The position numbers were made by a program, and so were the translations under genes. The notes beneath the pieces were generated by a model, which worked only from the letters and a program-made list of their open reading frames with translations, made no database searches and had not been told where the DNA came from. 64,000 nucleotides of DNA, from the NCBI GenBank assembly GCA_013239625.1, contig MU053758.1, positions 372,001-436,000 of the forward strand, written 5' to 3'. This stretch comes from Lama guanicoe. Its lineage: Eukaryota. This document shows positions 1-12,233 of this stretch, in pieces; position 1 is the stretch's first letter, and each line of letters starts with the position of its first letter.

Positions 1-720
1 AAAAAGTATATATGTGTAACTGAATCAATTTGCTGTACAGAAGAAACCAATGCAACATTGTAAATCAGCTATACTTTGAATAAATAAATTTAAAGTGTAT
101 GTCCATAGAAAAACTTGTGCACAAATGTTTATGGCAGCTTATTCATCCTAGCCCCAAAGTGGAAACACCCCAAATTTCCATCAACTGATGAATGGTTAAA
201 TAAAGCATAGCGTACCCATACAGTGGAATATTAGTTGGTTATAAAAAGGAATGAAGTACTGATAAATTTTACAACATTGAATTAACTTGAAAACATTATG
301 CTTAGTGACAGAAGCCAGGCACAAAAGTCATATATTATGTGATTCTATTTATATAGAATGTGTCTAGAATAGGCAAATATATAGACAGAAAGTAGATTAG
401 TGGTTGCCAGGGGCTGGGCTGAAGGAGGAGTGATTGCTAACAGGGTATGGGGTTTCTTCTAAAAGTGATGAAAATGTTCCAAACTTGATTGTGGTGCTGA
501 TTGCCCAACTCTGTGAATAAACTAAAAACCGTTGAATTGCATGCTTTGAATGGGTAAATTGTATCGTTACATGAATTATGAAAAAATTTACAGAGATTTA
601 AAACTACATATTTTAGGTTGCACAACTATGTGAATGTACTTAATGCCACTGGTTTGTACGTCTAAAAATCGTTAAAATTGTAAACTTTGTTATGTACATT
701 TTACCACAATTTTAATACTG
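1..720 (+). mobile_element. LINE-1 fragments (young L1 3' end at 1-95, older L1MB-like 3' region after)
   Basis: aactgaatcaatttgctgtac...ttgtaaatcagctatact; ccatcaactgatgaatgg...agattagtggttgccagggg motifs. Confidence 0.8.
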
Positions 721-2231
721 TATGTGTATCACAGAACACACACAGATACACAAACTACAGTAGGAGAAAATATATCCAAGTGATATGTAAGTACTTTTTA
801 ATGGCGTATCACAACTTCTAGCCAGAGAGAGAGGAACTGAATGATCTGAAAAATGTATCTTTGAACAATGGTTTCCTCTGGGTTTTTAGGTTACAAGGTA
901 ACAGATGCCTTAATTAATCTATTTTTTACTTTTTTGCATTTTCTAAATTGTATATAATGAACATACATTACATTTACTTTGACAAATCAATTATATAAAT
1001 TAACAATAAAAAGATACCTTTTGGTTCAAGGTTATAAAAAGAATGAGTGTAGAGAGAGAAGTCTAAGGAGGGAGGTTTAGGCACCCCAATATGAAGAGAT
1101 CAGGGAAATGAGAGGAGCAAGCAAAGGAGTCTTAGAAGGAATGGCTAGTGAAATAGGGGGATAGTTAAGGCAAAGTGGGGTCTTGAATGTAAAACGAAGA
1201 AAGTGTTTCAAGGAAGGAGTGACCAACTGTCTCTACTGCTGCTGAGAGATCAATCAGATGAGAACTAGACTTGACTTCTGAATTTAGCCATCTGGAGGTC
1301 ATTGGTGAACTTAACAAGAGTCATTTTGTGGATTGGTAGGAGTGAAAGATGAATAGAGTGTATTTAAGAACATAGTTACTTGCCACCATTTTAAGTGGCT
1401 GTTTAATGAAAACTTACTTTGGAAATTGGTAATTAAAATAAATAAGCATTTGTCTTGCCTTTCGAGTGGGAACTGCAGTTTAGAATAATCAAGTAGATTG
1501 AGTTGATAATGAAAAACCTTCTGGAGTAATCTAGAATTTCAACATCATCATTCTGCAAACCCTATGAGATTATTCAGTCAAAGATTATGAATTGGTTTAG
1601 AACCATCAGGAGGAGCAGATAGGGAACTGGACATCATGTAGTGCCAGAGTAACAGCACGCAGGTTACTTTCTAGTTACAATTTATAATAAAGAGATTAGG
1701 CTGTCCCTACCCTGAACCAGTGTCCAATAGTGCTGTCACATCAGTATCACCAGATATTGTGTTTTATGATGAGATGCAATATGAAATATACATCATTTAT
1801 CATAAATTTACTCAAAGTCATTTACCTGGAAACCATTAAGCCTTTAGATCTAACTTTCAGTTTATAAGAAATTCAAAAGATAGAGGAACAAATAAAACAA
1901 TACCACGAGGGAGCAACCAGACAAACACAGAACGTAGGACATCTGGATTAATGCCTTTCATAAGTTAGTGTCATGAAAAAGGCGATTGTGACCAGATGCA
2001 ATGTATGGCCATAGGTTGAATATGATATGAACAAATCAGTTATAAAGGACATCCTGGGGATAATTGGGAAAATTTGATTATGGTTTAGGTATTATTGAGA
2101 TGAAAAATTTCCAATTTGGAAAGACAGAGATGATTAATTGATAAAATGAGATTATAAAATGGTATGTACAGTGTGACCTCATGTTGCCTAAAACAAACAA
2201 ACAAACAAAAACCCCGGTACATTGAACCCAT

Positions 2232-2885
2232 ATACTGTTGGTAGAAATGTAAATTGGTGTAGCCACTGTGGAAAACAGTATGGAGATTCCTCAAAAAATG
2301 AAGGCTAGAGCTACCATATGATCCAGCTATCCCATTTTTGGGTATGAATCCAGAGACTATGAAAGCACTAATTTGAAAGGATAGATGCACCCCTATGTTT
2401 ATTGCAGCATTATTTACAATAGCCAAGATGTGGAAGCAACCTAGGTGCTCATCAATAGATGAATGAATAAAGAAGATGTGTTACATATATATAATGGAAT
2501 ACTACCAGGCACAAAAAAAGATGAAATCTTGCCATTTGTGACAACACAGATAGACCTTGAGGGTATTATGCTAAGTGAAATAAGTCAGATGGAGAAAGAC
2601 AGATACTGCATAATTGCACTCATATGTGGAATATAAAAAACAAACAAGCAAAATAAACGAACAAATCAAACCAAACAGAGAACAAAGTAGTGGTTACCAG
2701 AGGGGATGGGTGGGGGGAGGGAGGGTGAAATGGGTAAAGGGAGTTAACTGTATGGTGATGGATGGAAACTAAATTTTTGGTGGTGAGCATGCTGTAGTAT
2801 AAACAGAAGTAGAAATACAATGTTGTACACATGAAACTTATGTAATGTTATAAACCAATGTTATCTCAATAAAAATAAATTTAAA
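2232..2885 (+). mobile_element. LINE-1 ORF2 end and 3' UTR
   Basis: gccactgtggaaaacagtatggag...ctaccatatgatccagc...tgctaagtgaaataagtcag; A-rich end. Confidence 0.88.
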
Positions 2886-3379
2886 TAAACCCCATACATT
2901 AAAAAAATGCTTCTAAAAGATCCAGTTGTTATTTGAAGTACTAAGTTATGAACATTAGTGCTCTCAACGTGGTGAGAACACGATGTTTTCATTTTATTAT
3001 TTTTGCTTACTTACATTTAAAAATTTTCTAGCTCCTGTTATTTCTTCTAAAATAATAGCAGGTTATTTAAAAAGATAATACAAAATACTGAAAATGAGAA
3101 AAATAAGAGAATGGGAGGAGAGGACTAAATATCATCCTTTGGAGAACTTTTGCTGTAAAGGAAAACACAGAAATGAGGCTGTAGCTAGAGGAGAAAGTGG
3201 GGTCAAGTGAATTTGTTTTTAAAATAGAAAAAATAGCAACATGAATTTATGCTAATTGGAATAAACCAACAAAGATGGAAAAAATGACGATAAAGGAAAG
3301 AAAAGGGAGGACCTCTGAAGCAATGCTCTTAAGTAGCCAAGAGGAGCTGGCTTTAGATAACCAAATATTAATATTAGGC

Positions 3380-3870
3380 ACAATTTCCTTCAAAGCAAAA
3401 GCACTACTGCAGAAAAGAGGATCATATACACATTAATAAAGGGTTCAATTCATGAAGAGAATGTAATAATTCTAAAATGTATGCATCTAGAAACTGCATA
3501 AAAAGTGAGCACTGACAGAATTACAAGGAGAAATCCAGAAATTCACCATCATAGTGGGAGATTTAATACATCTCTGTCAGTAACTGACAGATCTACAGAC
3601 CAATAATGAACTAGGATATAGAAGATTTGAATGACACGATTAGCTCCTTTCATTTAGTGAATGTATACAGAACTCTGTACTCAGCATTAGACAGTACACT
3701 TTCTTTCCAAGCACACACGGAACACTTATTGACCACTTACTAAGTAACAAAACAAGCTTCAATAAATAAATATCAAAGAATCAATATCACACAGACCACA
3801 TTCTCTGACCACAATGTAATTAAATAAGATACTTTAAAAATCATGTATTTAGACATTAAAAAAAACCCTT
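3380..3870 (+). mobile_element. Old L1 ORF2 endonuclease-region fragment
   Basis: atagtgggagatttaatac...cagaccacattctctgaccacaatg (VGDFN and SDH motifs), degenerate. Confidence 0.7.
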
Positions 3871-3879
3871 TCAAATGTG

Positions 3880-5240
3880 ACTGTTGGAGTCCATACCAAG
3901 AATTGCGGGGCAGCATCTAGAGAAGGGATGTGAAGACTCATCTGCCTGGTAGCCAGGTGGATACCTCAAAAGGTCTCCTCTGCATTCTAGTCCCTCCTCC
4001 TCAATACTTTTCTCCCAATATAGCCTAAGATGAGCCCTCTAAGCATGATCCAACCACTTCAAGGACAACCACTACTTACCTTCTTTCCAAAGTTAAAATC
4101 ATCCATGTTCAGCTTGTAGCCAGAGGCAGCATCATGAGACAGCTATTCCCCAATAATATAATCTCCCAGTGATGGCTGTCTAATTTGATCTTACCTTCGT
4201 ATGGCTCTACATCATCTTGTTATTTATGGATTAAACAATAGATAGAGCTCGACTTTGCACTCTCTTGGGCTTCCTTCCTTGCAGCAAAGGTCTCAGATGG
4301 TGCAAGGATCAAGACAGGAAACATGGGCACTTGGTTCATCTGTGCAGGTGCAGCGCCCAGATCTTTTGGAGCACTAGGTTGATTGCATTCCATTCTGTCC
4401 ACAACTTAGACCTGCAGTCCAAGGATCTCAGTCATTATCTTTGCACAAAGTTCTTCCAAATTCCAGCCCATTTCCTCTCTTTCTTTTAAGATTAAAAATA
4501 TATATATCTATATATATATATCTCAAATGGTGCAATCTGTTTTAAAAATCAGTTTGCATCTCCCAGCATCTTGCTGACCAAGACATGTTCATCTAATTTT
4601 ATTGAATTTTTCCTCATACAAAATATTCCTAAACATCCATGCTCACATTATCATCAATTATAAGGTATCTTTCTCTATGTATTACTGATCACACAAAAAA
4701 TCGCAATTTTAGTCTGATTAGTAGTGCCCACCAGTAGTCATTATTCATATACAATACGGGGGCAGGAGGAGGAAACCACATTAGCTACTCTTAAGGAAAA
4801 GGTTTAGTGGGAAGCTTCTATGAAAGCACCACACTTGGCCACTGGTCCAGGAGCTGGGCTGTATCTTGCTGGACAAGTCTATATAGGTAAATGATGGAAC
4901 CAGCAAATCTCATGGGCATCATTTTATTAACTCACTTTCTGAGCAGTGGCGTGAGTTCCTTGGTTCCTATGATCTACCTGCTTGAAGGACTTCCCTTACA
5001 TAACCAATATCCTTCAGGACTGCTTCAAAGAAGACCAGTGGGTAGGGTCTCCTATATGGATGGTGAATAATGGGGGTGGAGGTGCCTGATGGAAACCTTT
5101 CTTCTCTTATCTGCCTTGGAAGGTGAACCCTGCAACCTTGCATTCCATATCCATCAGGGAGGTCTTTTAAAATGGGAGGCAATTTCACATTTGTCCAGCA
5201 GAGGGGGCTCAATGGAAGATGGTTTGGAGAGATCTGAGGT
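3880..5240 (-). mobile_element. Probable ancient ERVL-class internal remnant
   Basis: ggtaaatgatggaaccagcaaatctcatgggcat and flanks resemble ERVL pol-derived repeats; recognised from memory only. Confidence 0.4.
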
Positions 5241-5319
5241 TTGGCTGTTTTTTCCAACCAAGCTGTTTTCTCTTAGAAAACCCTACATTCTATCCCAGGA
5301 AACCATGCTGGTTCTGCTT

Positions 5320-6025
5320 TCAGAATCCATCCAGAATCTGACGACTTCACATCACCAGTGCTACCGCTCCACCTGAGGCTCCCTTCATTCTCTCATCCGG
5401 GTTACTGCAGAGACTTGCCCTGCTTTTACTTGCTATCCTATCATCTATCCTCATCTAACGCTGCCAGAGAGATCCTTTTAAGATATAACTACACTATGTC
5501 ACTCCTCTGCTCAAAATCCTGCAACGATGTCCCATTTCTCTCAGAGTAAAAGCCAAAGTCCTCCACCGCACTGCCTGTCTGACCTGTCCTACAACTCCCC
5601 CCATCCACCCCGCCCCGTTCCCTGCTCCAGCCCCATGAGCCTTTTGGCTGTTGCTTGAACACTCAGGCATGTTCTTGCTTCTCCCATTTCTTTCATATCT
5701 TTGCTCAAATCTTGCCTTTTCAATGAGGGCTGCCCTGACTTCTCTAATTAAAATTGCAACCACCACTTCCCTACTCTCTCCAAATTTCTTACCGTGCTCT
5801 ATTATTTCCTCCACAGGACTCAGCACCTTCTAACATACTGTTCTGTACTGACTATTACAAACAAATTCAATTGTTTATAGTAGTAAATACTAGTAGTTAT
5901 CATCTTTCTCTCTCCTACATGAGCTCCTTGAGGGCAGGGATCTTGGCCTGTTCTGTTCACTGTGCTTAGAACAGTACCTGGCCCAGACTAGGTGCTCAAT
6001 AATGATCTGTTGAATGAATGAATCA
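5320..6025 (+). mobile_element. LINE-2 3' region
   Basis: gagctccttgagggcaggga...acctggcccagactaggtgctcaataatgatctgttgaatgaatgaat L2 terminus. Confidence 0.85.
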
Positions 6026-6919
6026 ATACCTTCATTCCAACAGCTAAAATCTTACAGTTTTCTAATCAGTCATCTAACTTCATTCTTGGGTGTGGGGGAG
6101 CTATAGAGAATCAGAGAATCTGACACAGCAAATCAGCAGGATTCAAGGTTAATACTTGATCTTGACTGCAACAGCCTCAGGTCGCCCTGGGTTTTACCAT
6201 CTTTTGTCAACAGGGCCACAGCTAGATAACAGCTTGTCTCTGGCTGCACCTGACCAAAGTCCACAAGCAATGGCCAACACCCTCTGTTTTGCTTATAAGG
6301 TCATCAGAAGCCTTGGTCTCAGTGGACACACAGGCTGAGCACCAAAAGATACCAGGGAAGAGTTTAACCAACTACTTCACCACCACATAGCAAGGACCAT
6401 CAGCTTCCCTTTCTTGGGCCACATTTTCCTCCTCCCATCCCTCTGCTCTACTCAGCCAAGTCCACACTGTCTTTCAAGGGTTGCTATGTGAATCCTACTC
6501 TGAATGCTCCTTTCTACATCACCTAGGACTCTTGGGTTTTAAGTAACAGAATCCAAATCAAGTTAGTTTATTTTTAAAAATGAGAGGATTTATTATAAAG
6601 ATACAGGGATACTTCACAGGGAGCAAAAGCTGGGGCTTAACTTTCATAAAACCCCAAACCTTGCTCTTTATACAATATGTAGACCGGATGTAATGGGATT
6701 ACTTCTTTTCTGCCCTTAAGGGTGTTACTTGCTAAAGCACCTCTGTTTGATTGCCTTACCAATAACCATACCTTCCTCTCCCTTCTTAATTGTCCACTGG
6801 TTTGGGCTGGTGTTACATGTCAGCAGAAAGGGACTCCACCCCAACTCCAGTGGCAGAACCTGAAGTGAGTCATGGCAACTCCACTTCCCTTGTCGTTGAC
6901 TGGCTTAGCCATGGTCAAG

Positions 6920-7350
6920 TGTCTTAGGTTGGGTTCACTAGAGCACAGCCTAAGACAGGGATGCTTGTGCAAGTGACTGATGGATGGACTGACTTCAAGA
7001 GAAGGGAACTGAAGGAAGCAGGGAAAGGGGAAGCAGGATGTGGTCTCATTTGGAGATCAGCTTTGATCTGAGCCCATGAGGAGTTCTGGAGCATGAATTG
7101 CACCACACAGTTGCTCCTATCTTGGAACAAGAGGCTAACTTTTTGTACCCCCACTGTCCCTGGCTGCTAGCTCCCCTAAGGAGGAACTGTGGTGGGGATG
7201 GGGGAACCTCCATAGCAAGGTGGCTCTGGTTCAGCTGAAGGCAATTTTTTGGATCTGGGGACAAGTTGTGGGTCATTAGCAGTCAACCCTCAGAGAAATC
7301 CCCAGCCCAGCAGAGGGGATTTGAGCAGGGCACCAGAGGCATGTATTATA
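6920..7350. mobile_element. MaLR (MLT1-type) LTR
   Basis: tgtcttaggttgggttc...gcctaagacagggatgcttgtgcaagtga opening typical of MLT1 family. Confidence 0.6.
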
Positions 7351-7404
7351 GCATGAGACCAGGGTGACCAACTGTTCCAGTTTGCATGAGACCGTCTTGA
7401 TTTT

Positions 7405-8370
7405 ATTTATTTATTTTTCCTTTCCTTCTTTTTTTGGAATATAGTTTCTGATGTACAACATAGTAATTTGCATACATTATGAAATTATTGCTATAAGTCT
7501 AGTACCCATCTGTTGCCATACAAAGTTACTACAATATTATTGACTATATTCCTCATGCTGCTTATTACATCCCTGTGGCTTATTTATTTTATAACTGGGG
7601 GTTTGTATTTCTTAATCCCTTCACCTATTTCACTTCAACCTCCCACCCTCTCCCCTCTGGCAAATTTGTTCTTTGTATCTATGAGTCTGTTTCCTTTTGC
7701 TTTGTTTGTTTTCTTTTGTTTTTTAGATTCCACATATAAGTGAGATCATACATTATTTATCTTTGATTTCACTTAGCATAATACCCTCTAGATCCATTCA
7801 TGTTGTCACTAGCGGCAAGATTTCTTTTTTTTTTTAATGTCTGAGTAATAGTCGATTGTATATATATATATACACACCACACCTTCTTTATTCATTCATT
7901 TTATCAATGGACACTTGGGTTGCCTTCGTATCTTGACTACTGTACATAATGCTGCAAGGAACATAGGGGTGCATATATCTTTTCAAATTAGAGTTTTTGT
8001 TTTCTTTGGGTAAATATCCAGAAGTGAAATTGCTAGATCATGTGGCAGTTCTAGTTTTAATTTTTTGAGGAACCACCATTTTGTTTTCCATAGTAGTTGT
8101 ACCAACTTACAATCCCACTAACAGTACACGAGGGTTTCCTTTTCCCCACATCCTCGCCAGCATTTGTTATTTGGTATATTTTGATAACAGCCATTCAGAC
8201 AGCTATGAGATGGTATCTCATTATGGTTTTGATTTACATTTCCCTGATGATTAATGATGCTGAACAGCTTTCCATGTGTCTGTTGGCTATCTGTATGTCT
8301 TCTTTGGAAAAATGTCTATTCAGGTTTTCCGCCCATTTTTCAATCAGATTTTTTTTTTTTGATGTTGAGG
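7405..8370 (-). mobile_element. LINE-1 3' portion inserted in a MER94-like DNA element
   Basis: tagattccacatataagtgagatcat...gatggtatctcattatggttttgattt; flanks 7360-7404 and 8371-8452 join into a cagggtgaccaac...ggatggttgg element. Confidence 0.85.
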
Positions 8371-10961
8371 TGACTGTTTTGGTTTTAACATGAAAGTCCC
8401 ACATCCCAGAAAACCCTCAGTCCCAGGCAAGGCAGGATGGTTGGGTCCTCTACACTGAACTTGGCCAGGCTTGGCCAACAATATATGAGGGGAAGTCAGC
8501 CAGGGGATTTCTAAGAAACATACAAGAAAGATAAAAGATCCTTTTTCTCACTCTGGACATTGTTGTCTGAATTTATGCCTGAAACTGCTGTACTTGCCTG
8601 GTGGCTGTGACAGAACAGAGTCTTCAGGCAAAACTGACACCATAAGGGGGTGACAAACAGTTCCTCCACCTAGAAATCCGGAGTGGAGGGTGGACTGATG
8701 CCTTCCTGGCTATCTCAGCAGAGACGCCCTTCACAAAACACACAGGCAACAGTGACTAGTACAAAAGAGCAGTAGAGTATAGAAAGGCAGGCAACAGTCT
8801 TATCTTATGGGTTTCTATGTACCGGACAAGGGAAAGGTCTTCCCCTCCCAGGTTGTAGAAAGGAAGGTGTTTAATGTGGATGTTAAACACTCAGCTTTCT
8901 CTGTCCACTCAATTCTCTCCCCCTTTTCCTCTTATAGGACACTCAATATGGTGTGTCCCAGCCCCTGGAGAAACTTCACCCCTCGCCAAAAGAAAAACAG
9001 ATTCCATTGCTTTCAGTCTCGTGGCAGTGCCCCTCCCGTATTTCCAGGCAGCTCAGGATTAGGTCAGATTAATTACCAGTACTATTCCTCTCTGTGCAGT
9101 CTCTGCTGAAATCAGAGGGCTAGAATGTGGTTTGGCAAAGCAAGTGAGAACAGAAGTGGGTTCCCCAATTCCCCTCACACTCCAGCAGCCTTGACTGCTA
9201 GTATGGAGTCTCCTCTTTTTAATTTGTCATTTATCTTTTTTAAAGTGAAAAACGTATTTTCTCAAGTCAAAGTAATATGTGTACATAATTTAAAATCAAA
9301 TATTACTAAAAACTGATAATAGAAAATATCAATTCTCTACCTGACCCCTCCCTACTTCCCAGTCCCACCCCTCAGTGGCAAATACTTCCATCGAACATTT
9401 CTAGCTCTTTCCTCTGATATTCCCACCATACTTCAAAGCAATATGCTTATATTGCTAGCTTCTAATTTTTCAGCATGAGACATTAGGCATGGCCCCTGGT
9501 GTGGGTAGGATCTGCAGAATTGTCAGTGAGTTGGGTGGTGAGGTTGATCTCTGCCTGATAGAAGAGGCTCCCCACCTGCACCTTCCTGGAGCAACCTCTA
9601 GAGGGCAGTCTCACACCACACGCGGCTGCTCTAGCTTCTGCCCAGTTGCTTGTATTCTACTTTAGGCAGCTTAGATAGATGGTAGATGGATGATGACCGG
9701 TAGGTATAGACAGATGATAGGTAGATAGGTGGGTGGACAGATAGGGTGGGCGTGGTCCAGATGGCTCTGGAGTTGACAAGCACTGGGACCTGGGATTCTA
9801 ACCAGGCAGATTTAGGTACCTGGGGCACTGCCGGCCCATCCTTTAGGCATAGAATTAGGGCCTAGGGACTATGGTTGTAAAATGGAAAAAAAGGTATTGG
9901 TTTCAGAATGAACAAAGGAAATTGCAAAATGGAAATTCATAAATATTTAAACAAATGGCTATAAGACAAAACGTTAACCAGTTACTGCAACTCCACTTGC
10001 ACATAAATTATATTTCATGTGGGCTGTGAATGCATCTTACTATTTTTGTCATGATGTGGGCACTCGACACTATAGTGTGAAGGACCCTTGGCATCCTTGA
10101 AAAGGCCCTGGGAAGGAATAAGCTGGATGGAGTCTTAAAGTGGAAGCCCAGACTCCCCATCAGAGGGCTCAGGGTGCTGCTCATGGTTCAGCTGCCACGG
10201 AGTCTGAGGCTGCAGGTCAGCACCGCCTACCCCCCAGGCCCCCTTTCTTCCTGCCAGGGGCCCTGCAGGCACGCCCACCACAGTATGGCAGTAACAAAGG
10301 CTGACCTCAAGCATCATCTTTCTTGACTTAAAGTCAGGTGGGAGAGGGGTGGTCTTGCATTTACTTACATTCCTCCACTGGGAAGATACTGACTAGGAAG
10401 ACGCTCTGTCCCCTTGCACTTCTGACTCAGGGGGTACAATAGACCGGAGACACGATTGGGACCAAATGCCTCTGAATCCAAGTCAGAACCTGTCAGGGGC
10501 TCTAAAGTACTGAATGGAGACCCAGGAAGGCTTCTGGGAAGAGGCAGCATTTTGGGTGGGCTTTGACAGGTGAGTCAGCATCACACAGGCAGTAGGTGGG
10601 ACATCCTAAAAGATCAGGAAAGAGGGAAGGGGAAACTAGATGGCACGTCCTTCAGGCTTTACAGAATTCCTGGGGGAGGCGGGTGGTGGGTGTCTCCAGT
10701 TTACATACGAAGGGACTTAAGTTCAAGGAGTTAATTGTAACAGTAACCAGGGCCAATTACTGAGTGCTTACTTTCAGCCAGACATTGTGCTAAGCCCCTT
10801 ACATATACTGTCTAACTTCATCCTGTCAACAATCCTAATGAGAGGTAGATGTTATAAGGTTCATTTTATGGATTGGGAAACTGAGATTCAGAGAAGTTAA
10901 GTAAGTTGTTGGAAATCAGAATTCAAGGGCAAGTCTATCAGACTTTAAACCTAGTGCTTTT

Positions 10962-11101
10962 ATTATTGTATTATTTAATTATTTTGTTTTGATGTGGGGG
11001 TAATTAGATTTGTTTATTTTTAGAGGAGGTACTGGGGATTGAACCCAGGACCTCGTGCATACTAAGCATGCACTCTACCACTTGAGCTATACCCTCCCTC
11101 C
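10962..11101 (-). mobile_element. Vic-1-type tRNA-Ala-derived camelid SINE (in a MIR)
   Basis: Head gggagggtatagctcaagtggtagag...gggttcaatccccagtacctcc; TSD aaacctagtgctttt. Confidence 0.9.
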
Positions 11102-12131
11102 AAACCTAGTGCTTTTAATCACTACATCAGACCCTCTTTACCAGTGGCCCAATTTCACAGGGCTATGCATTAAGTGGAACATTTATTGAGTGCTTACAAT
11201 CAATGTGTCAGACCCTGTTCTGAATGCTTTGCACATTTTAACTCATTTAGCTGAAGCAGAGGATATCATTATCATTGTCATTTATAAGTGGGGAAACCAA
11301 GGCCAAGAGAAGCGAAGTAACTAGCCTAAGGTTGCTGCCAGGCTATCTGATTCCAGAGTCTGGGCTCTTTACCACAAGCCTACCTACTCTATTCTGGCAC
11401 AAGGTTTGGGGCTGGGCACTGACTGGCCAGCGGGGTAGGGAACGGGAGGGAGGGAGGTTGTGGTCTGTGAGGAATGTGCAGGAGGTGGGGTGGGAAGGAG
11501 AACCCACCCGCAGGAGATGTTCACAGTGTTTCTTTCTCTCTGCTGTTTCTGCAGCAGGAATTCAACGGTGAGTGCCTATCAAAACTGCTGAGAGCACAAC
11601 GCCTCCCCAAATACCTTTTCCTTCAAAGGCATTTTATTGAAGTGGTTTTTAATTAACAAATACAACTGCTTTGCAAATAGGGGTTCCTTTTCTCCTTGTG
11701 ACCAGGGCCACTGGTCTGCTGGTGCTTTCCTGAATGGCTCACATGGTCCTCCAGTTAGGGTTAGAAGGATGTTAGCAAGATGGGGCTGTACGGGGGGAAC
11801 AGCTGGTGTAGACGTGGTCAGAGATTGAACTAGGTGATGGAAAGGAAAACTCCCATGGCTCTGGTCCCTAATATGAATCTATTCAGGGTCTTTGGGACCA
11901 GTTCTAGGTTTTTTGGCTCGAAGGGAAAGAATAAGGGCAGGTTTATGGAGGTGGAATGGTCCCATTTGAAGAAAGGAAAACTGTAGGGGGATACAGAGCA
12001 TTAATAATTAATTAAGCACATGGGCCCTGAAGTTGGACTGTCTGAATTCAAATCCCTCCTCTGTTGCTGTATGATGTTGGGTAATTTACTCAGCCTAGGT
12101 CTTTGTGTCCCATCTGTAAAATAGGTATATT

Positions 12132-12233
12132 TAAAATAAATTTTTTGTTATTATTTTTGTAATGCAAGAACTGGGGATTGAACCCAGGACCACATGCATG
12201 CTAAGCATGTTCTCTACCACTGAGCCTTCCCCC
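12132..12233 (-). mobile_element. Vic-1-type SINE (in a MIR)
   Basis: tRNA-like A/B boxes; TSD aaaat(a/t)ggtatatt. Confidence 0.85.
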
